DNA of 64,000 nt from a virus (IMGVR_UViG_3300033072_000529), one strand, 5' to 3'; counted from the first letter of the stretch, positions 20,711 to 31,674 are shown. The notes: generated from the letters alone by a model not told the origin. Translations and numbers: made by a program.

Positions 20711-20714
20711 ATTA

Positions 20715-23700
20715 TTATTTACACACCGTCATACAATCTGTAAATCGTTTACTTGGTAATAACACACAGTTGTTTGCTAAATCATCCCAGGTAATACCTT
20801 TCGCGGATAAATCAGCCCATGTAGTAGGAACCAAACAATTACTACCCATGACATTCCAAGTTCTACTATATGGATATATAGTGGATTCAGTCTGACAATC
20901 AGGGCTCACAGCCGTATTCCAAGTGATGGAACTTAATAATGGATTACTCAATTTATTAGTATCGGTTAATTCCCACCAGGAATATGGATTTATACGATCA
21001 CTGGTATTCTGTGGACTTGTGATAGTGTGAGCATTCCAAGTCCAACATACTGGTCCTTGTGTGAAATTATCCCGAACTTGCAACATATCTTGTAATAAGA
21101 GTAAATTATTATAAACTCCGTCAATACTTCTATTGATAGTGTCCCAGGTCACTAATTCATTTATACCCAACAAGGAATAATTCAATGCCGAGAGGGATAT
21201 TTCCGATGCTCTTATATTATCTATGGTGTGTGATAATAGCTCGAAATTGGAATCATATTTCGCGACAAATTTATATTGTATATCCTTCGCTAATAGATAG
21301 ATATTATCATTTAGTTTTTTAAATGTATCATTATATACCACGGGAGATACCAATTCGGGGGAGGTCACTAACATGGAATCGATACTCCATGCAGATGCAT
21401 AGAACTGATGCGTATCCACTGATAAAGGTTCCAAATATTCTAGATATTTGGTTAGTCCGTATGGATTAGATATATACATCTCATTGCCATTGAATGCCAA
21501 ACCTGTAGCAGAAGTGGTCAATATATTGGAACCGATTCTCAATCCATATATGGTATAGGATTTAATAATCGAGCCCGATATTACATATAATAGTTCATTA
21601 TGGAAATATATTTTAGTACCTGTGGATATTGTGAAAGTCCGAACAAGATTCAATGTGGAATCATATAGATAAACCTGTCCTGATTCTGTCAAGACCGCTA
21701 TATATGAGTCATTTGCAGCTACCGCTAGGGGTATATTCGTTCCCGCCCAATCTATGTTGCGAAGATCGCCAATCCAATTGAAGTATGCATTATATATTTT
21801 AACGGTCGGTTCTCCTTGGTCCACAATATAGATATTATCATCTGTATCAATCGTCATATCCATAGGCTTATTCAAATGAATATGTGAATAAGCTGGACCT
21901 GAACCACCCCAATATTGAGCCAACGTCATATCATCTTCAAATGCATAAATGGATTTCTTATCTTTATCCAATACTACTATTTTACTATTTGTATTATTGT
22001 ATACTATTCGAATTGGCTTGACAAACACTTCGCTGGGCGTTATGCTTCGCGCAGACAAGCCCAATGATACTGTAAAATCATTATTCCAAATTTTGATAGT
22101 GTCATCATCAATAATATAAAATTTTCCATCATTATAATATACATCTCCAATATTATGGATTTTATCCGAATATATAGGTGTAGCAAATGTGTTATCCCAA
22201 TGCCATTGTAATGTGGCATTTCTCTCTCCCAACCATCCAATATATTGTTTTGGTAATACTGAATTATAAGTGTATGCCATGCTACTTAGATAGACAATAT
22301 TGGTGTTAATTTTATTGATTGTGCTATTGAGTACAGATTCTAATTGCCAATCATTTGGAGAAATTTGGATATCATTCAAATTATATGGTAATGTGATTTG
22401 ATCGGGGAATTCTCTGATGATATTTTTATCCCAGGTTGGGAAAGAATCACGTATTAAGAAATAGTTTGGCCAAGTCCGTATAATCGGTGATCTACCATCT
22501 GCATAATACCCTGTCATACTAGGAGTATATGTCCCTTCGTTTAGGTATTGTGCGTATATAGGTTCAGATGCACCACTTAATGTAGTAGTTCCAGTATTTG
22601 TACCATCTGTGAAATCAAAATGATCAAATATATCAGGGGTTTGGTTCGATATGCTGATCATCTCACTGGTAGCATATATATTACGGGGAGAGAAAATTTC
22701 TAGATATGGACCATCATATGCTGTCAGTGTTACAACATTGGTTGTTATTTTCTGTGTTATCGGACAAGTATCATAAGGATAATTAGCTGGAGTTTTAATC
22801 ATATTACCTGATAGCGATAATGTGAACACGTTATAACTATTTTCAGTTATATGGAACTGGTTTGTTTTGTCAAAATTAAACTCGTTATTATATGTGAAGC
22901 TGTTACCTGTGAATGATAATTCGTCGGAAACACTGGTTAATCCGGTTTGTGCACTACTAAGAACCCATACTGCATTGGTTGATAATGCAGTATAATTTGT
23001 GGATACATAATTTACGTTTACTATAAACGGTGCATACTTATTAATTGATAAATTCAGATCAGGTGTATTGAGTATAATTGATGGGTTTATAGTTTGCGGA
23101 GTTCTAGGGGTTATCCATCCATTGAATACTGTTGTTCCAGTCGAACTAGCACCATTATATATGGTTATTGGATCGGTTGGCACGAATATATTATTAAATG
23201 CGGATACGTTTATGGATGATATAGGTGATATATCAGAAAATGTTACGCCTATGGTTTCTATATTAGATGTAGAGCTTACTTGTTTAGTACCAATTTTATA
23301 GATATATTGATCAAATCCGCCAAATGTGGATATTATGAAATTTTGTGTACCACATGGGCGCAGATAACGTAATCCACCAGAAGACAGATAGGTATTGTCT
23401 TCTATGTTTAATTTAGTTGTAGGTTGGAATTTATATTCAGGGAAAGCTATGAATTCCAGTTTACGGGGAGTAGAACCCAACACATTAATGCATATTTCAT
23501 CTGTAAAATCATATGCACCAAATCCACCATATTTAGGAATAGCGTCTATAGCTGATATTCTCATACAGTGGGTAGCAGTAAGCGGGAATGTGGCGGATAT
23601 ACCAGTATGTATGGTGTTATCAGGATATAACCATCTGATTTCTCCATAAGATGAGAAATCTTCCAGTATAGCAGATGCAGAAACATTTACAGATGAAGAT

Positions 23701-25901
23701 ACGAAAAATATACTTTCATACTCTCGGGAGTCTAATACTTGTCCATTGGAGCCGGATAGTGATGCATATATATTTGATTGCGAAGGGTAATCCCGTATAT
23801 TGAAAATGCGATTTTGTGATAAATTATAATCCGAGGAGAATACGTTTAATGCGATATTAAACGCTTGTATGGATGGATTATCAGGCGTACTATTAGCCGT
23901 ACATAATGCTTGAGGTTGTATATATTTTTGAATACCAGGGTATGCTATATTCTCAAAAAAGTTCTCGCCACTAGCAGTTTGGAATTGTATATCGGCATTA
24001 TTGTTTTCGTTCCATATAACTGACCCCGATTCCGGCACATCATATATTAAACCATTTTTAAGTATGGTTGGCTTTAATTTTAATTTACTGGATAATAGAT
24101 TGTTTTCAAATGTTCCATCTAACAACAATGATATATTGGCGAAAGATGCAGACGTTGGATACCATTTTATAGACCCTGATGTATTATATTGCTCTGAATA
24201 CATCGATATAGTAGTTGGCTCCACACCTAGGTTTAATATTTCAACTGAAAAATCATTTGCTACTGTTAATGTATTGTGGGGTAATATCTGTGTTCTTTCA
24301 CCGTTTACTAGTTCCCATATAACGGCATTCGCAGAAGGACTCACTGACCATTTTATATTATCGTTGGGGTCAGATGATGGATTTATTATGGATTGTAGTG
24401 CTATTGAATTAGGAGTAGCAGATAATTGTGTTAGCTGGATTAGTGCTTTATCACCATTCAAGGTGAACGTTATGGGGTCTAGCCGGTAGTAGGCACCACT
24501 CAAGGATGCAAACTCTAGTGCAACATCATAGGTGTTCACGTTTCCATCATTTATGAATTTCAGAGGTGCATTCACAGGTATCCAAGTAGATGGAACATAT
24601 ACAATATCTGTATTAGCTATAGGGCTGGCAGATAGTGTTATATCTCCACTAGTGTCTCTAAAGTTCATGAACCAATTATTGGTGTTTTGTTCTATAGGGA
24701 TGTTGGTGGACCAATAGTTATCCGTCATAGTCAATAGAAGATTGACAGAACTAATATCCACATGTACTGTATTCGCAGATGGGTGGAAATATACTACCAT
24801 ATCACGGTTTACCGGTCTACCAGATATCGGGAAGGTGTATATATAATCAAATATAGATGAATTGGTTGATAATGAATAATAGTTATTATCCAGTTTTGTA
24901 AATGATGTAGTTGCTGCTATGGGAGTAGCAGATGTACAGTATGTCAATAGCACATCTGATTGAGCAGGTATTTGGAAATTACTTTTCAGTTTCAGATATA
25001 AGTTCCATTGATTATTAGTTGTGCGGTATAATGTACTGGTCGTATCTAATACATCTCGATCTTCAATAGGTACACCGGATAGAGAATATGCAGTAGCAGA
25101 TGTATTCCGATCCACAGACACACTATATAATAGTGCACTATCTTCTAGATATGAAGTCGATAATGGGAAGGTGACAATAAATGATTGAGGTAATATATTA
25201 GTGTCGAATGGAGAAACTGCCGGTATTTTAGAACCAACTGATGCAGTTTTGCTGCCCAATAAATTGGTATTTTTGGTCGTAGTCATCCATGTCAATTGTC
25301 TTTTCTGATTATTGACTTTTATAACGGGCTCTCTCAGAGATGCGATATTTCCCGATATACCATATAGGGTAGCCGGATCAAGAGACTCATAGTAGTCTTG
25401 TCGAGTGGTCACGTTTTCTAGCCCTATATAGGGAGATAATACAGCAGATAGGGTGAAACTATTATTAACTGCACTACCACTTTGGTATATGGATGTACCT
25501 TGTATGATTGGATAAAAATTGGTAGGAAATACCGCTATTGCCGTTAATCCCCCGTGGAAACTCATATGTCCATACCTATCGCTGCTATTGGAGAAATCCA
25601 CAAATAGTGGATAGTCTGCGGGTATTTCTAGACTGTAATGAGTTTGTTGATATGAATCAGTTTTATCATCATCATATATACCTGATATAACTTGGGAACT
25701 CAATACTGCATATGTAATGCCGACTTGATCGAAGGTTGGTGCATTGCGCCATTTTTTCATCACATCTCCGTCGATATACGTATTATCTCGTATTGCGAAT
25801 GATGTAGAGGCATTAGATTCTGCATCAATATCCTGGGATAGAAAAATACCTAATTTTTCATGGGGAAAAGCGCAGAGAGGAAATACTTCCGATAGAATCA
25901 T
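20715..25901 (-). CDS. large virion structural protein with PKD/Ig-like and NHL beta-propeller domains
   Basis: FDFTDGT...Y.NEGTY (PKD-like); LNKPMDMTIDTDDNIYIVD (NHL); TAAATA 5 nt upstream of ATG 25901. Confidence 0.65.
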   Translation of the reverse strand: MILSEVFPLCAFPHEKLGIFLSQDIDAESNASTSFAIRDNTYIDGDVMKKWRNAPTFDQVGITYAVLSSQVISGIYDDDKTDSYQQTHYSLEIPADYPLFVDFSNSSDRYGHMSFHGGLTAIAVFPTNFYPIIQGTSIYQSGSAVNNSFTLSAVLSPYIGLENVTTRQDYYESLDPATLYGISGNIASLREPVIKVNNQKRQLTWMTTTKNTNLLGSKTASVGSKIPAVSPFDTNILPQSFIVTFPLSTSYLEDSALLYSVSVDRNTSATAYSLSGVPIEDRDVLDTTSTLYRTTNNQWNLYLKLKSNFQIPAQSDVLLTYCTSATPIAATTSFTKLDNNYYSLSTNSSIFDYIYTFPISGRPVNRDMVVYFHPSANTVHVDISSVNLLLTMTDNYWSTNIPIEQNTNNWFMNFRDTSGDITLSASPIANTDIVYVPSTWIPVNAPLKFINDGNVNTYDVALEFASLSGAYYRLDPITFTLNGDKALIQLTQLSATPNSIALQSIINPSSDPNDNIKWSVSPSANAVIWELVNGERTQILPHNTLTVANDFSVEILNLGVEPTTISMYSEQYNTSGSIKWYPTSASFANISLLLDGTFENNLLSSKLKLKPTILKNGLIYDVPESGSVIWNENNNADIQFQTASGENFFENIAYPGIQKYIQPQALCTANSTPDNPSIQAFNIALNVFSSDYNLSQNRIFNIRDYPSQSNIYASLSGSNGQVLDSREYESIFFVSSSVNVSASAILEDFSSYGEIRWLYPDNTIHTGISATFPLTATHCMRISAIDAIPKYGGFGAYDFTDEICINVLGSTPRKLEFIAFPEYKFQPTTKLNIEDNTYLSSGGLRYLRPCGTQNFIISTFGGFDQYIYKIGTKQVSSTSNIETIGVTFSDISPISSINVSAFNNIFVPTDPITIYNGASSTGTTVFNGWITPRTPQTINPSIILNTPDLNLSINKYAPFIVNVNYVSTNYTALSTNAVWVLSSAQTGLTSVSDELSFTGNSFTYNNEFNFDKTNQFHITENSYNVFTLSLSGNMIKTPANYPYDTCPITQKITTNVVTLTAYDGPYLEIFSPRNIYATSEMISISNQTPDIFDHFDFTDGTNTGTTTLSGASEPIYAQYLNEGTYTPSMTGYYADGRSPIIRTWPNYFLIRDSFPTWDKNIIREFPDQITLPYNLNDIQISPNDWQLESVLNSTINKINTNIVYLSSMAYTYNSVLPKQYIGWLGERNATLQWHWDNTFATPIYSDKIHNIGDVYYNDGKFYIIDDDTIKIWNNDFTVSLGLSARSITPSEVFVKPIRIVYNNTNSKIVVLDKDKKSIYAFEDDMTLAQYWGGSGPAYSHIHLNKPMDMTIDTDDNIYIVDQGEPTVKIYNAYFNWIGDLRNIDWAGTNIPLAVAANDSYIAVLTESGQVYLYDSTLNLVRTFTISTGTKIYFHNELLYVISGSIIKSYTIYGLRIGSNILTTSATGLAFNGNEMYISNPYGLTKYLEYLEPLSVDTHQFYASAWSIDSMLVTSPELVSPVVYNDTFKKLNDNIYLLAKDIQYKFVAKYDSNFELLSHTIDNIRASEISLSALNYSLLGINELVTWDTINRSIDGVYNNLLLLQDMLQVRDNFTQGPVCWTWNAHTITSPQNTSDRINPYSWWELTDTNKLSNPLLSSITWNTAVSPDCQTESTIYPYSRTWNVMGSNCLVPTTWADLSAKGITWDDLANNCVLLPSKRFTDCMTVCK

Positions 25902-25945
25902 AACATTATTTATACACATATAATTCCCGTAAAATGGGAAACTCC

Positions 25946-25973
25946 TTGACATTACCAATATAACTGGTATAAT
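25946..25973 (+). promoter_or_regulatory. sigma70-type promoter (representative)
   Basis: TTGACA-16nt-TATAAT, 6 nt before ATG 25980; same geometry at 5970, 15173, 31641, 38749, 43862, 44598, 51367, 54357 and 29977(-). Confidence 0.8.
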
Positions 25974-25979
25974 TAAAGA

Positions 25980-26687
25980 ATGACTATAAAGTTAAATACT
26001 TCTCAATTATACCTATTAGGTGATATACATGCTAAATTCGATATATTGGAGAAATATATCGAATTGCTACCTAATGATGTAGCCATTATACAGGTAGGCG
26101 ACTATGGAATAGGATTTAAATCATTCGCGGAAGACTATGAACAGCAGTTTCATATAAACGAAAAACTGGCAAATAAAAATATCAAGATGTTTGTTATTCG
26201 CGGTAATCACGATGATCCATCAAAGTTTGTGGAAGATAGTGATATGAACTTTTCGTATATAACCTTTTTACCGGACTATACTACGTTAGAAGTCAATGAT
26301 AAGAGGATACTATGTGTAGGAGGAGCAATATCAGTTGATCGAGCGGATCGTATAGATAAGATATCATACTGGATTGATGAAATATTCCGTTTACCGGATG
26401 ACATGGCAGCAATATCAACAGACTATGATATATTAGTGACTCATGCTAGTGCCAAGGGAATGCCACCATTTACAACGGGTAATATACGATCATATATAGT
26501 AGATGATCCTAAATTAGAAGCTGATTTGCTTCAAGAAAGGAATCAGATATTACAATTATTACGACACCTTAAACAGGGACCGTTGACACATATGTATTTT
26601 GGACACTATCACCAATATCTAGCTGGTAGATGCGAAGGTGTATTTTACCGAGGATTGATGATAGGTGAAATGGTATCAATATTATAG
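25980..26687 (+). CDS. calcineurin-like metallophosphoesterase
   Basis: GDIH, GDYG, GNHD, VTH, GHYH. Confidence 0.9.
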   Translation: MTIKLNTSQLYLLGDIHAKFDILEKYIELLPNDVAIIQVGDYGIGFKSFAEDYEQQFHINEKLANKNIKMFVIRGNHDDPSKFVEDSDMNFSYITFLPDYTTLEVNDKRILCVGGAISVDRADRIDKISYWIDEIFRLPDDMAAISTDYDILVTHASAKGMPPFTTGNIRSYIVDDPKLEADLLQERNQILQLLRHLKQGPLTHMYFGHYHQYLAGRCEGVFYRGLMIGEMVSIL

Positions 26688-26939
26688 CTGAACAATATCG
26701 GGTAATTTCAATGTGTTAGATTGGGGTTGCAGTTGCGGTATAGGTGGAAGGATCAAGGGCGGAATAACTTCCAACTTTGGTCCTTCTATTTTTGGCATAG
26801 GGGTTACTTGTTGGGTAGCTAGGGTTTTGACGATCAATTCCAGGGCAACATGTTCACTAGATTGAATACATGTGATACCTAGATATAAAATTGTCGCACA
26901 CACTGCGACACACCGGAAGGTTTTACATATTTGCTTCAT
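26682..26939 (-). CDS. small membrane-anchored, Pro-rich protein
   Basis: Hydrophobic N-terminal segment; ATG 26939 minimises overlap. Confidence 0.5.
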   Translation of the reverse strand: MKQICKTFRCVAVCATILYLGITCIQSSEHVALELIVKTLATQQVTPMPKIEGPKLEVIPPLILPPIPQLQPQSNTLKLPDIVQL

Positions 26940-27720
26940 ATAATAATTTGTTTTTATAGGTTGATAAGGCTTCATATATTTTATACGTATCGGCAGCATA
27001 ATAACTGGCGGTGTCTGCTGCATTGATTTCTAATAGCTTGAGTTCATTATTAACTACGGCTATATCAATGACAAAATTAAAGATATTAGTGAAATATCCT
27101 GATTTTGCTATACTGGTAGCAAAATCCACCACTTTTTGGGGGATACCCGGTTGCACATCCAGTTCTTCATTGGTCATATATTGACAACCACTTATGTATG
27201 TATTACCTATGAATATTGTCCGATATTCAGAACTTATTCGGGATACAGGAGCATATACACAAGTTATATATTCAGGCTCTAGATTTTTCTGTTGTTTGAT
27301 ATATGCTATTTCTGAATTAAATTGTTCATTAGATTTGAACACTTGTCCCGAGAATGTTTTATACGGTTCTACAGGACGGATGAATAGTGGCATACTATCA
27401 AAATCGTGATACTTTTTAAAGTATGCCATATCCAAGAATTTTGTTTCTTTTGGATAAATTAAAATATCTCTAAATGCTGGAACCCATTGCAAGGCATCTG
27501 CATATGTATAACGTCTACCTAATAGGCGTGCTAATTCTAGACTTCCCCTGAATTCCTCTGCGTTTATCTTATTTTTGGTTTGTAAAAAGTCAGGAGTTCT
27601 GAACAATGTATTCAGATCGATAGGGTGAACATCAAAAAATGTTTCTATATTTTCGGCTGTTTGGGGATTATCATCCTCGTGGAACAACCCGCGTTGTACA
27701 TATATAATAGGCTTATTCAT
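26923..27720 (-). CDS. ATP-grasp protein (DUF4343/R2K-like)
   Basis: LFIRP....KTFSGQV, EYRTIF, FVIDIA...LKLLEIN....ASYY. Confidence 0.75.
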   Translation of the reverse strand: MNKPIIYVQRGLFHEDDNPQTAENIETFFDVHPIDLNTLFRTPDFLQTKNKINAEEFRGSLELARLLGRRYTYADALQWVPAFRDILIYPKETKFLDMAYFKKYHDFDSMPLFIRPVEPYKTFSGQVFKSNEQFNSEIAYIKQQKNLEPEYITCVYAPVSRISSEYRTIFIGNTYISGCQYMTNEELDVQPGIPQKVVDFATSIAKSGYFTNIFNFVIDIAVVNNELKLLEINAADTASYYAADTYKIYEALSTYKNKLLYEANM

Positions 27721-28009
27721 AGTTCTGCTCATAGACACGCTCTGCTATGCGCTTTGCGACCAGTGCCGCCTGGTGCCATGCGTAACGTGCCTTTGTTTTG
27801 TTACCGCGCTTTTGCTCTGCCCAGAGCGCTTCGCCTTCTGTTTGCAGCTTATGCCATTTGATGGCCAGTTCGGGAAGGGTGAGATTCGCAGTGGCAGAAC
27901 GGGTCGCAATGAAAGACGCAGAACCAGGCACTGGAGGAGAGCACTTGGCACACGGCCTGTCCTCCCAATGGGCATCTCCACATTTTTCGCATGTAGTAAT
28001 TTTTGGCAT
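27713..28009 (-). CDS. hypothetical protein with N-terminal CxxC..CxxC, GC-rich
   Basis: Fills the gap in a minus-strand operon; CEKC/CAKC. Confidence 0.55.
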   Translation of the reverse strand: MPKITTCEKCGDAHWEDRPCAKCSPPVPGSASFIATRSATANLTLPELAIKWHKLQTEGEALWAEQKRGNKTKARYAWHQAALVAKRIAERVYEQNYE

Positions 28010-28010
28010 A

Positions 28011-28682
28011 TCAGCGTGCCTCCTCAGTTGTTGCGTTCATATGGTTTTGTCGCAACATTCTAGTATTCATCAATACTGTACCCAACACATTTAATCCTTG
28101 CCATTTATCCACATCATATGTGTCTGGATTATCTGGACCCATACCAATACCCCATATAGCATCCCATGGACTTGCTTCGCATATTATATAATTTTTATAC
28201 TTTATAGTTAGTAGTTCGTCTATTACTGGATTTTGTTTAAATTTCTCGAATAGAACTTTGGTCATATAATCTACTCTGATATTAGCCCAATACACAGGAT
28301 TATACCCTTTAATGGCACGTCCTAGAGTTTTTTGTATATTCGGGTGACTGGATCGCATAATCTCTTCGGCTTTTTCCCAATCCCCGAATATAACAGCCTT
28401 TCCAAACATCATGGCTTGTTCAGAACAGTTGAATGATATATTATTATTGGTTAATATATCACCATTATCATATAATTCATAATAACGATCCACATTGGAC
28501 TGTGAATAGGGTTGTATAAACCGGGTGAAGTCACCTGGTTTCATGTTAAATGCGCCCCATGGTTGATTTTTAAATGCACCATACCAGTTAGAAAAAAAGG
28601 ACCGCTGAAATGCCGCCACATTGTTTTTAATAGTTATACCGTTTTGTGCGATTTTAAGTTGTTCTTCGTGTAATGTATTCAT
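28011..28682 (-). CDS. NADAR family protein
   Basis: FFSNWY, CSEQAMM..KA..FGD, LGR.IKGY, KFKQN, EASPWDAIWGIG, W.GLNVLG.VLM..R. Confidence 0.92.
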   Translation of the reverse strand: MNTLHEEQLKIAQNGITIKNNVAAFQRSFFSNWYGAFKNQPWGAFNMKPGDFTRFIQPYSQSNVDRYYELYDNGDILTNNNISFNCSEQAMMFGKAVIFGDWEKAEEIMRSSHPNIQKTLGRAIKGYNPVYWANIRVDYMTKVLFEKFKQNPVIDELLTIKYKNYIICEASPWDAIWGIGMGPDNPDTYDVDKWQGLNVLGTVLMNTRMLRQNHMNATTEEAR

Positions 28683-28683
28683 T

Positions 28684-29133
28684 TTATCTTATTTTTATAA
28701 TTGATCCGAAATTAGGTCGGATGCCTTTAGTCGGGTCGTGTTGGCTATATTTAGTATTTGCTATTGTGATATGGTAAGCTCTAGATGAGACATTGAAATT
28801 TTTAGCCACCACATCTAGTATGGGAGAATATATCTTTACCCAGTAATTAGTGAAATTAGCGTATTTTCCACCTACATGTATATATGGATTATAATACACC
28901 TCCACAGGTGTATTATGCCATCGATTTAATATTTTCTCTGATACATTTGGAGTGTAACGAGAATCCACTAAAGTAGAGTGGGCACCATGCATAGGCGTAT
29001 TCACCAGTACTTTAAAATGCTGTTCAATTAACCATTTATAATAATTGATAAAATCATTGGAATATATGACTTTTAACATCATATCTTCTTTCTGGATGAT
29101 ACCTTTTACTTTTAATGGAAAATCAGTGGACAT
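28684..29133 (-). CDS. 2H phosphoesterase-like protein
   Basis: Two Hx(T/S)-type motifs: AHSTLV and YHITIA. Confidence 0.65.
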   Translation of the reverse strand: MSTDFPLKVKGIIQKEDMMLKVIYSNDFINYYKWLIEQHFKVLVNTPMHGAHSTLVDSRYTPNVSEKILNRWHNTPVEVYYNPYIHVGGKYANFTNYWVKIYSPILDVVAKNFNVSSRAYHITIANTKYSQHDPTKGIRPNFGSIIKIR

Positions 29134-29944
29134 GGTGATCTAAATGGAGAGGCTTTTTCTTATTCATTATATTCTGGACATCTTTCCAAGAGAAAAATGC
29201 GGACGAATTGTATTTTCTACTGTTATCTATTCCTACGTCTAAGCGTTGACCATATTCATATTCTGTTGGACTGGACCATGGTAGATTACCGTGACTATGC
29301 CCATGTAATGACCAACAATGTTTTGGGGGTATCAATGGAGCCTGATGGCGACAATGTACCAATTGTTTTGGAGCTTTTTGAGATGGGGTAACTCGATCCG
29401 ATATACTGAAAATAGCATCGTTCCCGAAGAACACCATATCATATGCGGGATTAGTTGTCAATCCGAAGTCATATATAGGCACACAATCATCTGCCAGTTG
29501 GGGTATAGTCCCATCTTTATATGGTAGTTTGAATTTAATGGATTTACTCTGTATTGATAATGGATACATATCCATTGAACGCGCAGGCGTATCGTGCACA
29601 GGTATATTATGCTTCTTGAATATAAACTCGATAATCCGTTGATATATTCTATAATCATATGAACTATGATCGCCCCATATGATATATTTTATAGCAGGAA
29701 TATTTTGGAACCATTCTAGAGTTCCTTCATATGTACTATTCAATGTATTATCCCCTAATAGAATTAAAAGATCATTTGGTTTGAGAGAGAATAACTGATT
29801 TCTAAGCCATTCGTCGTGGCTGGATATATCCTTGAATCCGCGATCCCCATATATCCATGGTCTATCATGGTTGTAATGACAGTCAGACCCGAAGTATATG
29901 TTATTATATCGGTTGCTTAAAATTTGATGATGTACGTCTCTCAT
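29123..29944 (-). CDS. calcineurin-like phosphoesterase
   Basis: SDCHYNH, LGD, WGDH (GNH variant), LHGHSHG, RLDVGID; promoter supports ATG 29944. Confidence 0.85.
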   Translation of the reverse strand: MRDVHHQILSNRYNNIYFGSDCHYNHDRPWIYGDRGFKDISSHDEWLRNQLFSLKPNDLLILLGDNTLNSTYEGTLEWFQNIPAIKYIIWGDHSSYDYRIYQRIIEFIFKKHNIPVHDTPARSMDMYPLSIQSKSIKFKLPYKDGTIPQLADDCVPIYDFGLTTNPAYDMVFFGNDAIFSISDRVTPSQKAPKQLVHCRHQAPLIPPKHCWSLHGHSHGNLPWSSPTEYEYGQRLDVGIDNSRKYNSSAFFSWKDVQNIMNKKKPLHLDHHVH

Positions 29945-30031
29945 GGGGAAATATAACATGTGCATGGAAAAAGTCAACTTTTTGTTGACTTTTTGTTGAC
30001 TTTTGAGATGTAGTGCTGTATAAGTAGCGAT

Positions 30032-30406
30032 ATGAAAAAGATATTGATAGCATTACTAATGTGTTCACTGAGCGTGTCTTGTGTAGCGTTCAAAGATGGA
30101 CCAACTTACCTGGGGATTGTTGGCGGAGATGCCTCCCTTATTGAAATACCAAACAAGTTGACAATTAAAGATTTGAATACCTCCATTGCATTCAGTTCAA
30201 CTGTCAAAGCAGTCAAAGATATGTGGTCAAATTACCTGATCTCCGAAGGATTGAAATATGTCGCTGGACAATACTACAATCATGAGGGACAGGTGCTAAA
30301 GGCTAGTACTTCTGTCAAATTGGAAGAACTGAAAAATGCAAAGTCTGCTGCCGATGCAGCAGCAAAGTTAGAAGAACTTAAACTGTTAGAATCCACAACC
30401 CCTTAA
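30032..30406 (+). CDS. putative lipoprotein
   Basis: MKKILIALLMCSLSVSC lipoprotein-like signal. Confidence 0.6.
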   Translation: MKKILIALLMCSLSVSCVAFKDGPTYLGIVGGDASLIEIPNKLTIKDLNTSIAFSSTVKAVKDMWSNYLISEGLKYVAGQYYNHEGQVLKASTSVKLEELKNAKSAADAAAKLEELKLLESTTP

Positions 30407-30410
30407 TTAT

Positions 30411-31004
30411 ATGGTAAAAATGAACATGAAGAAGAAAGCATCTGCTGTCGATGATTCTATGCAAATAGCACTTATCATTCAGCAGGCAGAACAGCCTACG
30501 ACTAATACCCGATCCATCAAGGTGGCATATCCCCTCGTTCGCTCACTTATGAAGTCGTATACTCTGATATCAACTGGCAATGTAGAACAGTTGATCCCAA
30601 CTGATATCTTCATGAAAATGGTTAAAGCCTCGAATGCCAATAATAAGCTATTATATGATATTCATCCAGTGGCAATGACTGCTAAAGTAATAGCCAGACT
30701 AGCAGATATGGTCAAAGCCGTTGCTCAAAAATATAATGTCGAGGTTCGAGATTATAGAATTGATACACCAAATGGTTCATATAATACCATTTTGATAGAT
30801 CAACAGGTGAATGATGTGGAGTGGGCATACATGACTAAGGTTTATGATGATGCTATTACCAATAATAAAATATATGATTTGGAGAAGAAATTAGCATCAT
30901 TAGTACAGGTTCGCAATCAATTAGCACGGCAAGTGAAGCTAACTGCAATTGCGATTGATAAAACGGCTCGATCTATTCTCGATTTGGAGAAAACCATAAA
31001 GTAA
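30411..31004 (+). CDS. hypothetical protein with C-terminal coiled coil
   Basis: 197-aa ORF. Confidence 0.7.
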   Translation: MVKMNMKKKASAVDDSMQIALIIQQAEQPTTNTRSIKVAYPLVRSLMKSYTLISTGNVEQLIPTDIFMKMVKASNANNKLLYDIHPVAMTAKVIARLADMVKAVAQKYNVEVRDYRIDTPNGSYNTILIDQQVNDVEWAYMTKVYDDAITNNKIYDLEKKLASLVQVRNQLARQVKLTAIAIDKTARSILDLEKTIK

Positions 31005-31012
31005 TATTACAT

Positions 31013-31633
31013 ATGGCTGATGATTGGAGTTGGCAACCATATTGGAAATTTTTTAAGTTAGGTTATAAAGAACAATTATTCAATTCTTCCTTTAAAAGGA
31101 TAAAATCTATAATCTCTTCTATAGAGGGTTCTTGTCCATATAAAATAAAAACTAGCGTAGATAAAAGATTACATGTTGCCTGGGCGGTAGAAGGCAATAT
31201 AAACGACATATCCAAAACCATAGTATTTAACTCTAGAGAGAAAATATCAGAATGGATGATATGGCATGAGTTGGGGCATATTCACGATAAAGTGGTATCG
31301 AATCGACTATTTGATCGTGATAGTAGCCTATTCAACCATATAAATGGCGACTGGAAATCCAGGAATGCCCAATTAACGTGGCGTGCAGCCAGTGAATATA
31401 TTGCCCATAAATGGGCGATAGATAAAGCTATTGCGCTGAAACGATGGGATGTGCTAAAGGGATTATTATATTGTATGATCTTTATACCTAAAAATGGATA
31501 TTCTGATGAAAACTACTATAGAATAGCATTTGACAGATTGGAACAATTACCCTATATTGAGCGACTGGTTAAAGAATATTGCCATCCCCAAGTATATCGT
31601 ATGCGGGGTTCTTGGTGGAAAATGTGTCAGTAA
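31013..31633 (+). CDS. putative zinc metallopeptidase (HExxH)
   Basis: WHELGH followed by SEYIA third ligand. Confidence 0.6.
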   Translation: MADDWSWQPYWKFFKLGYKEQLFNSSFKRIKSIISSIEGSCPYKIKTSVDKRLHVAWAVEGNINDISKTIVFNSREKISEWMIWHELGHIHDKVVSNRLFDRDSSLFNHINGDWKSRNAQLTWRAASEYIAHKWAIDKAIALKRWDVLKGLLYCMIFIPKNGYSDENYYRIAFDRLEQLPYIERLVKEYCHPQVYRMRGSWWKMCQ

Positions 31634-31674
31634 AAAAAGTTTGACAAAAGATAAGAAAAAAGTATAAGTATACG

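Noticed and set aside
29984-30004. Tandem TTGACTTTT repeat as a functional element
   Set aside because: Very short T-rich duplication in a divergent promoter region; no independent support
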